Shown: positions 1 to 11,101, numbered from the stretch's first letter. The stretch: 54,166 nt of DNA from an uncultured bacterium (GCA_963978095.1 CAXBQP010000014.1:1-54166); one strand, 5' to 3'. Notes: a model not told the origin generated them from the letters alone. A program made the numbers and translations.

Positions 1-1931
1 CCCCGGGTGTCCGATGACGCCGATGCGCATGATGCTCCCCCCGCCACGGCGTCCGACCGGTGCAGCGCGCGCACCTTGTCGGCGATCCCGGCCGCGTCGA
101 GCCCGCAGAGCGCAAGCTGACGCGCACGGGGTGCCGCGTACACGATGCGATCCGGCACGCCATGAACCGTCACCCGCACGCCGGGGTCGCGGCCACTGAT
201 CACCGAAGCCATGTACGAGCCGAACCCATTCACCACCGTTCCCTCCTCCACCACCAGCACCTGCCGGTGATGTTGGAGCAACGCCGCGAGCGTCGCCTCG
301 TCATGCGGCTTCAGGAATCGGCAGTTCACCACCGTCACCTGCAGGCCGTCGGCCGCCAACAGATCGGCCGCCGCGAGTGACTGACCGACCATCGTCCCGA
401 CGGCGAGGATCGCGAAATCCGCGCCGGGCCGCACCACGTCCCACGTCCCGTATGGCACGGCCGGGATCTCCGCGATCGCGGGGACGACATCGGGCGACGT
501 ATCGCGGGGATAGCGAATCGCGAAGGGTCCGGCATCGTGTGCCATCGCGGAGCGCAGCAGCCCCAGGAGCTCGCTCCCGTTCTTCGGGGCGGTGACCGTC
601 ATCGAGGGAATGGCCAGCATGTAGGCGATGTCATACAGCCCCGCATGCGTCTCTCCGTCCTCGCCGACGAGCCCAGCCCGGTCCATGCAGAACGTCACCG
701 GGAGATGCTGGATCGCCACGTCGTGGACGATGCCGTCGTACCCGCGCTGCAGGAACGTCGAGTAGATGGCGACGACCGGACGCACACCGCGCGTCGCCAT
801 CCCCGCCGCCATGGTCACCGCGTGTCCCTCGGCGATTCCCACATCGAAGAAGCGCGAGGCGAACTGCTTGGCCGCACCACCCGTTCCGGTTCCGCTCGGC
901 ATGGCGGCCGTGATGACCGCCAGACGATCGTCCTCGGCCATCAGCTCCACCAAGCCCTTGCCGAATACCGTGGTGTAGTTCGCGTTGCCCGTCACGGCCT
1001 TGAGCGGCTTTCCGGTGGCCGGGTCGTGGCCCGGCGGAAGCGCGTGCCACTTCTCCACATGTTCACCCGCGGGGAATCCCTTCCCCTTCTGCGTGATCAC
1101 GTGCACGAGCCGCGGCCCCTTCATGTCCCGCACGGCCGCGAAGGTCTCATTGAGCTGTTTGAGGTCGTGACCGTCGATCGGCCCGAAGTACCGGAAGCCG
1201 AGTTCCTCGAAGAGCACACCGGGGGTGAGGAAGGTCTTGACGCTCTCCTCCCAGCGGCGCAGCAGCTTCCCGGCATCGTGCAGAACGCCCGGCGCATGAT
1301 CCGCGATGTCGCCGATGGCGCTGCGAATGCGGTTGTAGATCGGGTTGCGCTGCACCGACGTCAGATACTTGTGCATGGCGCCGACGTTCGGCGCGATCGA
1401 CATTTCATTGTCGTTGAGGACGACGACGAAATCCTTGTCCGAGGCGCCAGCGTTGTTCAATCCCTCGTACGCGAGCCCGCTGCCCAGCGATCCGTCACCG
1501 ATGATCGCCACCACCTTGAAGTGTTCACCACGGAGGTCACGACCGACCGCCATGCCATAGGCGGCGCTGATCGAGGTGGCCGCGTGGCCGGCCCCGAAGG
1601 CGTCGTAGTCGCTCTCGGCACGCTTCAGGAATCCGGACAATCCATCTTCCTGGCGCAACGTGCGCATCCGGTCAGCCCGGCCCGTGAGCACCTTGTGCGG
1701 ATACCCCTGGTGGCCGACGTCCCACACGAGCTGGTCGCGCGGGGTCTCGAACACATGGTGCAAGGCGATGCTCAGCTCAACGACTCCAAGCCCCGCGCCG
1801 ATGTGCCCGCCGGTCACGGAGCAGCTCTCGATCAAGAACGCACGCACTTCGGCAGCGAGCGCGACCTGCTCCTCGAGGGTGAAGGAACGCAGGTCGGTCG
1901 GTGAAGCGGTCAGGCGGCTGAGGAGGGTCAT
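1..1931 (-). CDS. dxs: 1-deoxy-D-xylulose-5-phosphate synthase (3' end runs off window)
   Basis: Not in ORF track (no stop in window). Manual translation from ATG at 1931: MTLLSRLTASPTDLRSF...TGGHIGAGLGVVELSIALHHVFETPRDQLVWDVGHQGYPHK, the DXS N-terminal signature; follows xseB-ispA. Confidence 0.97.
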   Translation of the reverse strand, partial: MTLLSRLTASPTDLRSFTLEEQVALAAEVRAFLIESCSVTGGHIGAGLGVVELSIALHHVFETPRDQLVWDVGHQGYPHKVLTGRADRMRTLRQEDGLSGFLKRAESDYDAFGAGHAATSISAAYGMAVGRDLRGEHFKVVAIIGDGSLGSGLAYEGLNNAGASDKDFVVVLNDNEMSIAPNVGAMHKYLTSVQRNPIYNRIRSAIGDIADHAPGVLHDAGKLLRRWEESVKTFLTPGVLFEELGFRYFGPIDGHDLKQLNETFAAVRDMKGPRLVHVITQKGKGFPAGEHVEKWHALPPGHDPATGKPLKAVTGNANYTTVFGKGLVELMAEDDRLAVITAAMPSGTGTGGAAKQFASRFFDVGIAEGHAVTMAAGMATRGVRPVVAIYSTFLQRGYDGIVHDVAIQHLPVTFCMDRAGLVGEDGETHAGLYDIAYMLAIPSMTVTAPKNGSELLGLLRSAMAHDAGPFAIRYPRDTSPDVVPAIAEIPAVPYGTWDVVRPGADFAILAVGTMVGQSLAAADLLAADGLQVTVVNCRFLKPHDEATLAALLQHHRQVLVVEEGTVVNGFGSYMASVISGRDPGVRVTVHGVPDRIVYAAPRARQLALCGLDAAGIADKVRALHRSDAVAGGASCASASSDTR

Positions 1932-1994
1932 CGGCAGCAATGGGGGGACAGGAAACCTACTGCAAGCGTCCGAGCGGAATGGTCAGGCATGGGA

Positions 1995-2897
1995 TCAGGA
2001 ACGACGGGCAACGATGAAGCGTGCGAGGTAGTCCAGCGCCGGCGACATGATCCCCGCGTCGTGCAACGCCCGACAGGCCTCCTCGCTCAAGGCGGCGGCG
2101 CGTTGGCGGGCCCCGACCAGGCCCAGCAGCGCCGGGTACGTGCTCTTCTGCAACTCCAGATCACGACCGGCGGTCTTGCCCAACTGGTCCGTGGTAGCCG
2201 TGATGTCGAGCACGTCGTCGGCGATCTGAAATGCCAAACCGATCGCGGCGCCGTACTGTTCCAGCGCGACCAGACAGGACTCGCTCGCGCCAGCCGCGAG
2301 TCCGCCGATGCGGACGGATGCATTGATGAGCGCGCCCGTCTTGAGACGGTGCACGCGCTCGAGCTGAGTGAGGTCCAGCGCCGTTCCCTCGCCTTCGAGA
2401 TCGAGCAGCTGCCCGCCGATCATCCCGCCGGCCCCCGAGGCCGACATCAGCGTCCGCACGATCTCGCCTGCCACGCGCGGGTCCCCGACCAAAGCCATCG
2501 CGGCGTCCGACGCGGCGCGCGCGGCCATCGGCACCATCGCGAGCCCCGCGGCTGTGGCCGCGGGAACGGAGAACGCCTTGTGCACGGTGGGACGACCGCG
2601 GCGAACGTCGTCATCATCCATGCACGGCAAGTCATCATGCACGAGGGAGTACGCGTGCACGACCTCCACCGCCGCCGCGAGACCGCTGGCATCACCACTC
2701 CCCCCAGAGGCACGATAGGCCGCGATCAGCAAAATGGCCCGCAACCGCTTGCCTTCACCCATCAGCGCATAGCGCACCGCGTCGGCGACCGTCGGTTCCA
2801 TGCCGTCGAGGTAACGATCGGCCACCTGTTGCAACGCCGCGGCGACCGCCGCGCGGTCGCCGGAAAAACTCACCGTGCCGGAATCAATCGGCGTCAT
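1995..2897 (-). CDS. ispA: Polyprenyl (farnesyl/geranylgeranyl) diphosphate synthase
   Basis: GKRLR, HAYSLVHDDLPCMDDDDVRRG, GQLLDL, KTG, FQIADDVLD motifs; start taken at MTPIDS (2897). Confidence 0.95.
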   Translation of the reverse strand: MTPIDSGTVSFSGDRAAVAAALQQVADRYLDGMEPTVADAVRYALMGEGKRLRAILLIAAYRASGGSGDASGLAAAVEVVHAYSLVHDDLPCMDDDDVRRGRPTVHKAFSVPAATAAGLAMVPMAARAASDAAMALVGDPRVAGEIVRTLMSASGAGGMIGGQLLDLEGEGTALDLTQLERVHRLKTGALINASVRIGGLAAGASESCLVALEQYGAAIGLAFQIADDVLDITATTDQLGKTAGRDLELQKSTYPALLGLVGARQRAAALSEEACRALHDAGIMSPALDYLARFIVARRS

Positions 2898-3096
2898 GCG
2901 CGACCTCGAGCACCCCGTTCGCCCGCTCGACGAGCGTCGCCACCCGTGCCTCGGCCCGCGACAACGCTTCAGTCGCGCCCTTGAGCACCGTGATCCCCTC
3001 CTCGAACAGGACCAGGGCTTTTTCCAGCGGGAGGTCATCGCGCTCCAGTGACTGCGCGATCGCCTCGAGGCGCGCGAGATTCTCTTCGAAGGTCAT
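2884..3096 (-). CDS. xseB: Exodeoxyribonuclease VII small subunit
   Basis: [34 protein letters not shown]; lies between xseA and ispA. Confidence 0.95.
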   Translation of the reverse strand: MTFEENLARLEAIAQSLERDDLPLEKALVLFEEGITVLKGATEALSRAEARVATLVERANGVLEVAHDAD

Positions 3097-4298
3097 ACCG
3101 AGGTGCCCGTGGAAGGGGTCGCATCCCGAAGCCGGATGGCCTCGGCACGTGCCGAAATGGTCCCGTCGCGGAGTTGCAGATCGAACTCCTGCCCGGCCTG
3201 GAAACTCGCGGCGGCAGGCAGCGCTCCACCATCACGGCGGCGGGCCACCGCGTAGCCGCGGGCCAAGGTGGCGAGCGGACTCAACGCGTCGACGCGCGCC
3301 GCGCACTGTTGCACCCGCGCACGACGTCGTTCAACGCTGCGTTCCGCCCGCAGCGCCAGCTCCCGAGACAGCTGTCGCATGGAACGAGACGCGTCGCGCA
3401 CGATGCCGTCGACCGCGTTGCGCATTCGCCCGCCCAACATCATGACCTCGGCCCGGACCTCATCGAGCACCGGGACCGCGGCTTCGGCCGCCGCGCTCGG
3501 GGTCGCGGCGCGCAGGTCGGCGACCAGATCCGCGATCGTGACGTCCACCTCATGCCCGACGGCGGAGATCGTGGGAATCGGGCACGCCGCGATCGCGCGC
3601 GCCACCCGCTCGTCGTTGAAGCACCAGAGATCCTCGCGTGATCCGCCGCCGCGTCCGACGATCACCGTGTCCACGCGGTGCGCCGGGTCCGCCTGATGCC
3701 ACCGCACCAGACGGTCCAGCGCCGCGACGATCGACGCCGGCGCCGCCTCGCCCTGCACCGTCGCGCCGACCGCAAGCAGTTCCACCGTTGGATCGCGACG
3801 AGCCAACACGGACCGTACGTCGTGCAACGCGGCGCCATCGAGGCTGGTCACCATCGCCACACGCCGCGGGAATCGGGGCAACGGACGCCTCCGCGCCGGA
3901 TCCAGCAGTCCATCCCGCTCGAGGAGGGCGCGCGTGGCCTCGAACGCCTTGCGCCACAGTCCCTCCCCCTCCGCTTCCATGCGGGTGACCATGAACTGCA
4001 CCTGCCCCCGCGCGGGATACATCGAAAGCTGACCGAAGGCCGTGACCGACATCCCGTCGTCCGGCTTGGCGGGAATGCGGGGGACGTCCCGCGACCACAC
4101 CACGCAGGCGAGTTGGGCACGTGCGTCCTTCAGGGCGAAGTACCAGTGCCCATTGCTGTGCGCGGTCAGTTTCGAGACCTCTCCCTTCACCCAGAGCGGC
4201 TGGAAGGCACCCTCGAGAACATCCTTCGTCGCGGTGTTCAGCGCGAGAATGGAGAGCGCCGTCTCCGGCGTCGTTCCCGGGTATGCCCCTGTGCTCAC
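3093..4298 (-). CDS. xseA: Exodeoxyribonuclease VII large subunit
   Basis: [20 protein letters not shown] fold, [40 protein letters not shown] start at 4298 overlaps folD stop (GTGA). Confidence 0.95.
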   Translation of the reverse strand: MSTGAYPGTTPETALSILALNTATKDVLEGAFQPLWVKGEVSKLTAHSNGHWYFALKDARAQLACVVWSRDVPRIPAKPDDGMSVTAFGQLSMYPARGQVQFMVTRMEAEGEGLWRKAFEATRALLERDGLLDPARRRPLPRFPRRVAMVTSLDGAALHDVRSVLARRDPTVELLAVGATVQGEAAPASIVAALDRLVRWHQADPAHRVDTVIVGRGGGSREDLWCFNDERVARAIAACPIPTISAVGHEVDVTIADLVADLRAATPSAAAEAAVPVLDEVRAEVMMLGGRMRNAVDGIVRDASRSMRQLSRELALRAERSVERRRARVQQCAARVDALSPLATLARGYAVARRRDGGALPAAASFQAGQEFDLQLRDGTISARAEAIRLRDATPSTGTSV

Positions 4299-5173
4299 GC
4301 CGACACCATCGACGCGGCACGCACCGTGTTCTTCATCAGCATCGCGATGGTCATGCGGCCCACGCCGCCTGGCACCGGCGTGATCAGCGACGCGACCTCG
4401 CGCGCACTCGGGAAATGCACATCCCCGTACAGGGTGTATCCCGCCTTGGCCGCGGCATCGTCCACGCGATTGATCCCCACGTCGATGACCACCGCCCCGG
4501 GCTTGAGCATGTCGCCGGTGACGAACTCCGCCTTGCCGATCGCCGCCACGACGATATCGGCACGACGCAGGTGGCTCGCGAGATCCTTCGTGCGACTGTG
4601 GCAAACCGTGACCGTCGCATCGACCCCGGGCTGCACCATCAGCGATGCCATCGGCTTGCCGACGATGTTGCTGCGACCGAGGATCACGCACTCCTTGCCT
4701 GCCGTACTGACGTTGTACGCCTGCATGAGCACGAGCGCGCCCCACGGGGTGCACGGCGCGAACGCATCCTGGTCGCCGATCAGCACCTTGCCCACGTTGA
4801 CCGGATGGAATCCGTCCACGTCCTTGTGCGGCGCAATCCGTCGGATGATGGCTTGCGGATCGATCTGCTTGGGCAGCGGCATCTGCACCAGAATGCCGTG
4901 GATCGCGGGATCCGCATTCAAGCGATCGACCACCGCGAGCAGTTCCCCTTGCGTCGTGGACGCGGGCATGCGGATGGTCTCGCCGTGCATTCCGGCTTCG
5001 TGACAGGCCTTCTCCTTGGCCTTCACATACACCGCACTGGCGCCGTCGTCCCCGACGAGCACCACGGTCAATCCGGGAATGATGCCCCGCGTCGCGAGGG
5101 CGGCGGCGTCGCGTGCGACCTCGGCACGTACCGTGGCGGCGACGGCAGCGCCGTCAATGAGTTCAGCGGGCAA
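4295..5173 (-). CDS. folD: Bifunctional methylene-THF dehydrogenase/cyclohydrolase
   Basis: [51 protein letters not shown]; probable TTG start at 5173 (alternative 5194). Confidence 0.96.
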   Translation of the reverse strand: MPAELIDGAAVAATVRAEVARDAAALATRGIIPGLTVVLVGDDGASAVYVKAKEKACHEAGMHGETIRMPASTTQGELLAVVDRLNADPAIHGILVQMPLPKQIDPQAIIRRIAPHKDVDGFHPVNVGKVLIGDQDAFAPCTPWGALVLMQAYNVSTAGKECVILGRSNIVGKPMASLMVQPGVDATVTVCHSRTKDLASHLRRADIVVAAIGKAEFVTGDMLKPGAVVIDVGINRVDDAAAKAGYTLYGDVHFPSAREVASLITPVPGGVGRMTIAMLMKNTVRAASMVSA

Positions 5174-6752
5174 TGTCCATCGCTCTCTTTTCACGGATGG
5201 CTACAACCTTGATCTGTCCCGGATACTGCAACTCCGACTCCACGCGACGCGCGATCTCCTCGGTGAGCGACTGCATCCGCGCGTCGTCCACCGACTCGGG
5301 ATTCACGATCACGCGGATCTCGCGGCCCGCCTGGATGGCGAAGACCCGATCCACGCCGCGGTAGCTCGACGCGATCTTCTCGAGTCCTTCCAGGCGCTTC
5401 ACGTACGTCTCGAATGCTTCGCGGCGCGCGCCGGGGCGCGAGCCGGAGATCGCATCCGCCGCCTGCACCAGCACGCTGACCTCACTCTCGTGCGGGACAT
5501 CGTCATGATGGGCCGCGATGCAGTTGACGACCAACGGGTTCTCCCCGTACTTGGTCGCGACCTCCACGCCAAGCTGCACGTGCGTCCCCTCGTGCTCGTG
5601 CGTCAGCACCTTGCCGATGTCATGCAACAACGCCCCGCGACGCGCCATCACCGCATCCAGGCCGAGTTCGCTCGCCATCGTGCTGGCGAGCCACGCCACT
5701 TCCTTGGAATGCTGCAGGATGTTCTGCCCGTAGCTCGTGCGCCACTTCATGCGCCCGATGAGCTTGATCAGCTCCGGGTGGAGGCCATGCACGTTGGCGT
5801 CGTAGGCCGCCTGCTCACCCGTCTCCACGATCCCGGCATCGACCTCACGGCGCGACTTCTCGACGACTTCCTCGATGCGCCCGGGATGAATGCGTCCGTC
5901 CGCCACCAGCTTCTCGAGCGCCAGTCGCGCGACCTCGCGCCGCACCGGATCGAAGCAGCTCACCACGACGGTGTCCGGCGTGTCGTCAATGATGACGTCC
6001 ACGCCCGTGGCCAGCTCGAAGGCGCGGATGTTGCGCCCCTCGCGGCCAATGATGCGCCCCTTCATCTCGTCCTTGGGGAGCGACACCGCGCTGACGGTGA
6101 TCTCGGCCGTGTGTTCGGCGGCGATCCGCTGCACGGCCAGCGCCACGATCTTCTTCGCCTCGCGATCCGCGGTGCGCTTGGCGGTGTCACGAATCTCACG
6201 CAGGCGGTTCGCCGCGTCCGCGTGCGCCTCCTCCTCCATCCGGCGCACCAACTCGGCCTTGGCTTCCGTGGCGGACAAGCCGGCCAACTGTTCGAGCCGA
6301 CGCCGCTCATCCGCCACCAGCTTGTCGAGTTCGGCCTGCCGCTCCTCGACCGTCTTCTCCTTGCGGCCCAGATCGCTGGCGCGGCGCGACAGGTCCTTGT
6401 CGCGGCTTTCGATCACTTCGAACTTCCGGTCCAGCACCCCCTCGCGCTCCTGGAGGCGCTTTTCCTCGCGCTCGACCTCGTCGCGGCGCTTGCGGGCCTC
6501 CGCCTCCCACGTCTCGCGGGCACGCATGGCCTCTTCCTTGCCCGAGAGCACGGCCGCCTTCCGCAGCCCATCCGCCTCGCGCTCCGCCTCGCCTACGATC
6601 CGCTTCCCCAGCTTTTCCGCCGTATCCCCAGCGGCCTTGCGTGCTTCCAACTCCGCCGAGCGCCCCGCGCCGCGTCCGGCACGGAATGCCACCGCACTGC
6701 CGACCGCGCCCAACACACCGAGCGCGATCGCGAGCATCAACATCGGATCCAT
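5163..6752 (-). CDS. rny: Ribonuclease Y
   Basis: N-terminal TM helix, coiled coil, KH domain ([14 protein letters not shown]), HD domain ([20 protein letters not shown]); start at MDPMLM. Confidence 0.97.
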   Translation of the reverse strand: MDPMLMLAIALGVLGAVGSAVAFRAGRGAGRSAELEARKAAGDTAEKLGKRIVGEAEREADGLRKAAVLSGKEEAMRARETWEAEARKRRDEVEREEKRLQEREGVLDRKFEVIESRDKDLSRRASDLGRKEKTVEERQAELDKLVADERRRLEQLAGLSATEAKAELVRRMEEEAHADAANRLREIRDTAKRTADREAKKIVALAVQRIAAEHTAEITVSAVSLPKDEMKGRIIGREGRNIRAFELATGVDVIIDDTPDTVVVSCFDPVRREVARLALEKLVADGRIHPGRIEEVVEKSRREVDAGIVETGEQAAYDANVHGLHPELIKLIGRMKWRTSYGQNILQHSKEVAWLASTMASELGLDAVMARRGALLHDIGKVLTHEHEGTHVQLGVEVATKYGENPLVVNCIAAHHDDVPHESEVSVLVQAADAISGSRPGARREAFETYVKRLEGLEKIASSYRGVDRVFAIQAGREIRVIVNPESVDDARMQSLTEEIARRVESELQYPGQIKVVAIREKRAMDIAR

Positions 6753-6808
6753 TGTCTCTATACTCCAAGGCAGCGCCGCCACGCCGACAGGGCCGGGCGC
6801 GCCGCGGT

Positions 6809-6949
6809 ATTCAAGGACCTTCCCGGAAATCGGCGACGCAGACCGCACAACGGGGTCGGACCGTCCGGTCGAGCGCCGTCGAAGGGCACTGAACGGGGCG
6901 GGCTAACTCCTCTTGTGGCTTGGACCTACGTCAGCCGACTTCCTCGAAT
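6809..6949 (-). ncRNA. Candidate 6S RNA or structured rny 5' leader
   Basis: Nested minus-strand pairings (TTCGAGGA/TCCTTGAA, AGTCGGC/GCCGATT, GACGTAGGTC/GGTCTGCGTC, CACAA/TTGTG, AGTGCC/GGCGCT) form a ~140-nt rod right after a sigma70-like promoter, between zapA and rny. Confidence 0.45.
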
Positions 6950-6951
6950 GG

Positions 6952-6980
6952 AAAGTACCGTTTCGGCAACAGGTTGGCAA
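6952..6980 (-). promoter_or_regulatory. Sigma70-type promoter for the rod RNA/rny
   Basis: TTGCCA-17 bp-TACTTT on minus strand. Confidence 0.6.
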
Positions 6981-6985
6981 TGCGC

Positions 6986-7020
6986 AAAACGGGGTGCCCA
7001 GCCCATGGCTGGACACCCCG
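6986..7020 (-). terminator. Intrinsic terminator after zapA
   Basis: CGGGGTGTCCAGCC-ATG-GGCTGGGCACCCCG hairpin followed by TTTT on minus strand. Confidence 0.75.
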
Positions 7021-7058
7021 AACTGCCACCCGATTTCGCAAGCCCGCCCCCAAAAGTG

Positions 7059-7361
7059 CTACCGTCCCTCGCCGCGCTTCCCCGGCGGTAACCACCGTCT
7101 GAGTTCGCTACTGAGCCCTGCCATCTGCGACGCCACCTCAGCGGCCGCGTCACGCTCGCGGAACAGTTCCTCCGTGATGGACAGCGCCGCCAGGATGGCC
7201 GCCTTGTGCGACTCCGTCAGACTGGCGCTGCCGATCACCTTGCGAATGGTGGCGTCCACGTGCGCGGCCACCTCACGCGTCCGCTCCGGGGGCACTTCAC
7301 TCTTGATCGTGTACTCTTCGCCGCAGATCGTGACCTTGGTGCTGTGCTTGACCGCGCTCAT
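7059..7361 (-). CDS. zapA: Cell division protein ZapA
   Basis: VTICGEEYTIKS...VAAHVDATIRKV...AAILAALSITEELF; downstream of pheT. Confidence 0.92.
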   Translation of the reverse strand: MSAVKHSTKVTICGEEYTIKSEVPPERTREVAAHVDATIRKVIGSASLTESHKAAILAALSITEELFRERDAAAEVASQMAGLSSELRRWLPPGKRGEGR

Positions 7362-7651
7362 CGTCCCTCTCCCGCGTGTTGCTGGCGAAGGAACCGGACC
7401 CGATCCAACAACGCCCGCGTGCGCTCCGCCGACGTCTCGAGTCGCGCCTTCAGGAGGGCATTCTCCTGTTCCAACATCGACACCCGCTCCTCGGCGCGGG
7501 CGTCTCCGCCACCCCCACTGGTGGCAATCGCCTTCAATCGCGCCTCCGCGGTCTGCGCCCGTTTCCGGAACGCCGCCAGCTCCTCGCCCAGGTTGCGGAC
7601 GAGCACCTCCAACTCGCGGAATGCCGCGTCAGGCCGTACGGGGGACGACAC
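7358..7651 (-). CDS. Small coiled-coil protein, ZapB-like
   Basis: Heptad-rich (LEQENALLKARLETSAERTRALLDRV); between pheT and zapA, ATGA overlap with zapA. Confidence 0.7.
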   Translation of the reverse strand: MSSPVRPDAAFRELEVLVRNLGEELAAFRKRAQTAEARLKAIATSGGGGDARAEERVSMLEQENALLKARLETSAERTRALLDRVRFLRQQHAGEGR

Positions 7652-10076
7652 CGAGTTCGGTCTCCAAGGTCTTGAGGAGCATGGCGCGACGACCGTCGAT
7701 CTCCTTGTCGCGTAGAGTGCGTTCCGGATGCCGGAAGGTCAACCGCCACCCGATGGACCGGGTCCCCCCGGGGAGTCCCTTCCCACGATATTCATCGAAG
7801 ACCACCAACGACTCCAGCAGCTCTCCCGCCGCGCTCCGCATCACGGCCTCGACGGTCGCGGCGGAGATCTGCATCGGCACCAATAGCGCCAGGTCGAACT
7901 CGGCCGCCGGCATCGCGGGCAGCGGGGCATAGCGCACTGGCGTCACGGCTGGGCCGCTGGCGGCCGCCGTCACATAGCGATGCTCCCCCTTGGGCGCCGC
8001 GAACTCCGCTGGCATCACCCCGAGGGTGAGTTCCACCCCGAAGGCCGCCGAGGCCCAGTTCGGCGCATCCAGGCGAGTGAGCGCACGAACATGACCACGC
8101 GTGTGGCCGTCCACGGACACGCGCCACAGGCAGTCGTCGGCCTCGTCGCGGGCGGCCTCCTCACACGCAACGGTCGCACCCGGCCAGGCCGCGTGCGCCA
8201 TCCGCGTCGCCAAGGCCTTGGCGTCCCAGGCATCGAACGCGGGAGGCTTGGGCTCGGTGAAATGCGGTGGTCGCGAGGCCCCCATCAGGAGCGCCGCCGC
8301 GCGGATCTCTTCCCCACCCACCGTCTCCGTGGCTTCCCGCGCGAGGAAGGCGGTCCCCACCTCGAACAACCGCACATTCCCCTGCATGCGGTTGAGATTG
8401 TACTCCGCGCGACGACACAGCGTATCGAGCAGGTCCAGCCGCAGATACGCCTCGTCCTGCGCCAACGGATTGAGCACCCGCGCCTGGAACTCCGCACGCT
8501 GCGGGGAGAACGGAAGCGGACGCACCTCAAGAAGCCCCTCCGCCACGAGGACATCGCGCACGCGACGCCCCATCGTGTGCAACGGATGATCCGGCACGTT
8601 ACCAGGTCGGGCGCCCACCAGCGTGTCCGGCAAGCGATCGTAGCCGCGCAATCGCGCGACCTCTTCCACCAGATCGACGTCGCGCGCCACATCGTGGCGC
8701 CACGACGGCACCGCCACGCTGCACGCCTCGCCGGCCCCCTGCACATCGAAACCGATGGACGTCAGCAGCGCCACGACCTCGTCCGCCGGCACGGTATCGC
8801 CCAACAGGCGCGCGACGCGCGACGGCGCAAAGTGCACGCGCGGCTTGGGCGCGGGTTCGGCGCCGACCAGGAGCGTCGCTTCGACCGTCCCGCCCGCGAT
8901 CTCGGCAACGTACGCCGCGCCGCGCGAGAGCAACGCGGGGAGCGCGGCATCGTCCACCCCGCGCTCGAACCGATAGCTCGCATCGGTCGACAGGCCGAGG
9001 GCCCGACGACCACGACGCACGACCCCGGCGTCAAAACTCGCCACTTCGAGCAGGATGTCGGTGGTGGCACCGGTGACTTCGCTGGCACGCCCGCCCATCA
9101 CGCCGGCGACCGCCGTCGCGTGCTCGGCGTCGGCGATCACCAGCATGGAGGGAGCCAGCGCACGCGCCGTCCCGTCGAGCGTCGTGAGTGTCTCGCCCAC
9201 GGTCGCGCGACGCACGACGATCGTCGAGCCCGACAACGTCGCCAGATCGAACGCGTGCATCGGATGGCCAAACCCGTGCAGCAGGTAGTTGGTGGCATCG
9301 ACCACGTTGTTGATCGACCGCGCGCCGATCGCCTCCAATCGCTTCACCAACCAGTCCGGGCTCGGCCCGACCGTCACGCCACGGATGATCGCCGCCCCGT
9401 AGCGCGGGCACCCCTCGCGATCCTCGATCCGCACCGTGACACCCCCGGCAGCGGCGGTCCACGCGCCCATCACCGGCGCGGGAACCGCGATCGACGCGCG
9501 CCAATCGGCGGGCTCGACCATCGCGACGCCGGTGAGCGCCGAGATCTCGCGCGCCACTCCGCGATGCGAGAGCAAGTCCGGACGATTCGGCAGCACGTCC
9601 ACCACCAGCCGCACATCGGAGATCGGCAACACGTCCAAGAGCGGCGTCCCCGGTGGCGCCGTGGTCTCGATGGGAAGGATCCCATCGTGGTCCTGACCGA
9701 GGCCCAACTCACGCGCCGAGCAGAGCATGCCGTTGGACGTGAAGCCGCGGATCTTGCGCTTTTCGATGACCAGTCCTGCCGGCATCGTTGTCCCGGTGCG
9801 CGCGAACGGGTACAGAGTGCCCACGGTGACATTCGGCGCACCGCACACGACGTCGAGCAATGTCCCGCTCCCGTCGTCGACCTTGTTGAACGACAGCTTG
9901 GTCTCGGGAATCTTCTCCGACTCCACCACGCGCGCGATCACGAACGCCGCCAGATCCGCGCGCGTGTGCTCGAACCCTTCCACGGTCGCCACATGTGCCG
10001 TCAGCAGCTCGCGCACCTGTTCCGGTGAACAGGAGTGCGGAACCAGCGTCTTGAGCCACTCGTGCGAGATGTTCAT
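7629..10076 (-). CDS. pheT: Phenylalanyl-tRNA synthetase beta subunit
   Basis: MNISHEWL, VVCGAPNV, SNGMLCSARELG, PNRPDLLSHRGVARE, INNVVDATNY, DASYRFERG, C-terminal FDEYRGK..ERTL. Confidence 0.97.
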   Translation of the reverse strand: MNISHEWLKTLVPHSCSPEQVRELLTAHVATVEGFEHTRADLAAFVIARVVESEKIPETKLSFNKVDDGSGTLLDVVCGAPNVTVGTLYPFARTGTTMPAGLVIEKRKIRGFTSNGMLCSARELGLGQDHDGILPIETTAPPGTPLLDVLPISDVRLVVDVLPNRPDLLSHRGVAREISALTGVAMVEPADWRASIAVPAPVMGAWTAAAGGVTVRIEDREGCPRYGAAIIRGVTVGPSPDWLVKRLEAIGARSINNVVDATNYLLHGFGHPMHAFDLATLSGSTIVVRRATVGETLTTLDGTARALAPSMLVIADAEHATAVAGVMGGRASEVTGATTDILLEVASFDAGVVRRGRRALGLSTDASYRFERGVDDAALPALLSRGAAYVAEIAGGTVEATLLVGAEPAPKPRVHFAPSRVARLLGDTVPADEVVALLTSIGFDVQGAGEACSVAVPSWRHDVARDVDLVEEVARLRGYDRLPDTLVGARPGNVPDHPLHTMGRRVRDVLVAEGLLEVRPLPFSPQRAEFQARVLNPLAQDEAYLRLDLLDTLCRRAEYNLNRMQGNVRLFEVGTAFLAREATETVGGEEIRAAALLMGASRPPHFTEPKPPAFDAWDAKALATRMAHAAWPGATVACEEAARDEADDCLWRVSVDGHTRGHVRALTRLDAPNWASAAFGVELTLGVMPAEFAAPKGEHRYVTAAASGPAVTPVRYAPLPAMPAAEFDLALLVPMQISAATVEAVMRSAAGELLESLVVFDEYRGKGLPGGTRSIGWRLTFRHPERTLRDKEIDGRRAMLLKTLETELGVVPRTA

Positions 10077-11101
10077 CGGGCGAACTGCTCCAGGAAGCGG
10101 ACATCCGAATCGTAGAGGATCCGGATGTCGGGAATACCGTGACGGGCGAGCGCGGTGCGCGCCGGACCGAGACCGAAGGCCCAGCCGGTGTACCGGGTGC
10201 TGTCGAGCCCCGCGGATTCGATCACGGCAGGATGCACCATGCCGCTGCCGAGGATCTCGACCCAGCCGGACTGCTTGCACACCGAGCATCCGCCGCCCTT
10301 GCACACGCCGCAGAGCACGTCCATCTCCGCGCTCGGCTCGGTGAAGGGAAAGTAGGACGGGCGGAAGCGCGTGCGCGTGGCGCCGAAGAAACGGTTCGCG
10401 AAATGAGTGAGCGTGGCCTTGAGGTCGGCGAAGGTGATCCCCTCGTCGACGACGAGCCCCTCGACCTGCGCGAATGTCGGCGCGTGGGACGCGTCGAAGG
10501 GATCGCGGCGATGCACGTTGCCCGGCGCGAGGATCCGGATCGGCGGCGCATATTGCTGGAGCGTGCGAACCTGCACGGGCGAGGTGTGCGTCCGCAGGAC
10601 GAGGTCGCCCTGCAGATAGAGGGTGTCGTGCAGATCCATGGCCGGATGATCATCCGGGAAGTTGAGCGCCTGGAAGTTGTACCAGGTGTGCTCCGCTTCC
10701 GGCCCCAGGGCGATCGTGAAGCCGAGCTCGCGGAAAATCTCCGTGATCTCGTCGATGACTTGCGACACCGGATGCGCCGCACCGATCCACCGGCGGCGCT
10801 CCGGCATGGTGAGGTCGAGATCACCGCCAGACCGCGCGGCGGCGGTGAGGGCGGATTCGCGCGCGGCAAGAAGGGCTTCGACCTCGACCTTGACGGCGTT
10901 CGCGGCTTGCCCCGCCTCGCGGCGGTCTTCCTTGGGGAGCTGGCCGAGCGTGCCCATGATGTCGGTCAGCCGCCCGCTGGCACGCCCCACCAGGGCATTC
11001 CGGAGGGCCGTCCAGGCATCCAAGTCGGCGACGGCCGCGATTTGCGCGGGGGCGTCGGCGGCGAGGGCGGCACACGCCGCTTTGAATTCGTCGAGTGTCA
11101 C
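10073..11101 (-). CDS. pheS: Phenylalanyl-tRNA synthetase alpha subunit
   Basis: LRTHTSPVQVR, FRPSYFPFTEPSAEMD, GWVEILGSGMVHP, GWAFGLG. Confidence 0.98.
   Translation of the reverse strand: MTLDEFKAACAALAADAPAQIAAVADLDAWTALRNALVGRASGRLTDIMGTLGQLPKEDRREAGQAANAVKVEVEALLAARESALTAAARSGGDLDLTMPERRRWIGAAHPVSQVIDEITEIFRELGFTIALGPEAEHTWYNFQALNFPDDHPAMDLHDTLYLQGDLVLRTHTSPVQVRTLQQYAPPIRILAPGNVHRRDPFDASHAPTFAQVEGLVVDEGITFADLKATLTHFANRFFGATRTRFRPSYFPFTEPSAEMDVLCGVCKGGGCSVCKQSGWVEILGSGMVHPAVIESAGLDSTRYTGWAFGLGPARTALARHGIPDIRILYDSDVRFLEQFAR

Noticed and set aside
4299..4754. Extended N-termini in the ORF track (xseA here; also pheT, coaD, rsmE, obgE, HIT, rfaE1)
   Set aside because: Extensions overlap upstream genes; family homology begins at the downstream starts reported.
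537..10028. Long plus-strand ORFs (537-1904, 5016-7091, 7980-10028 and similar ones later, e.g. 20895-22802, 44285-45613)
   Set aside because: Antisense shadows of well-supported genes; high GC3 removes stops on the opposite strand and they carry no recognisable motifs.
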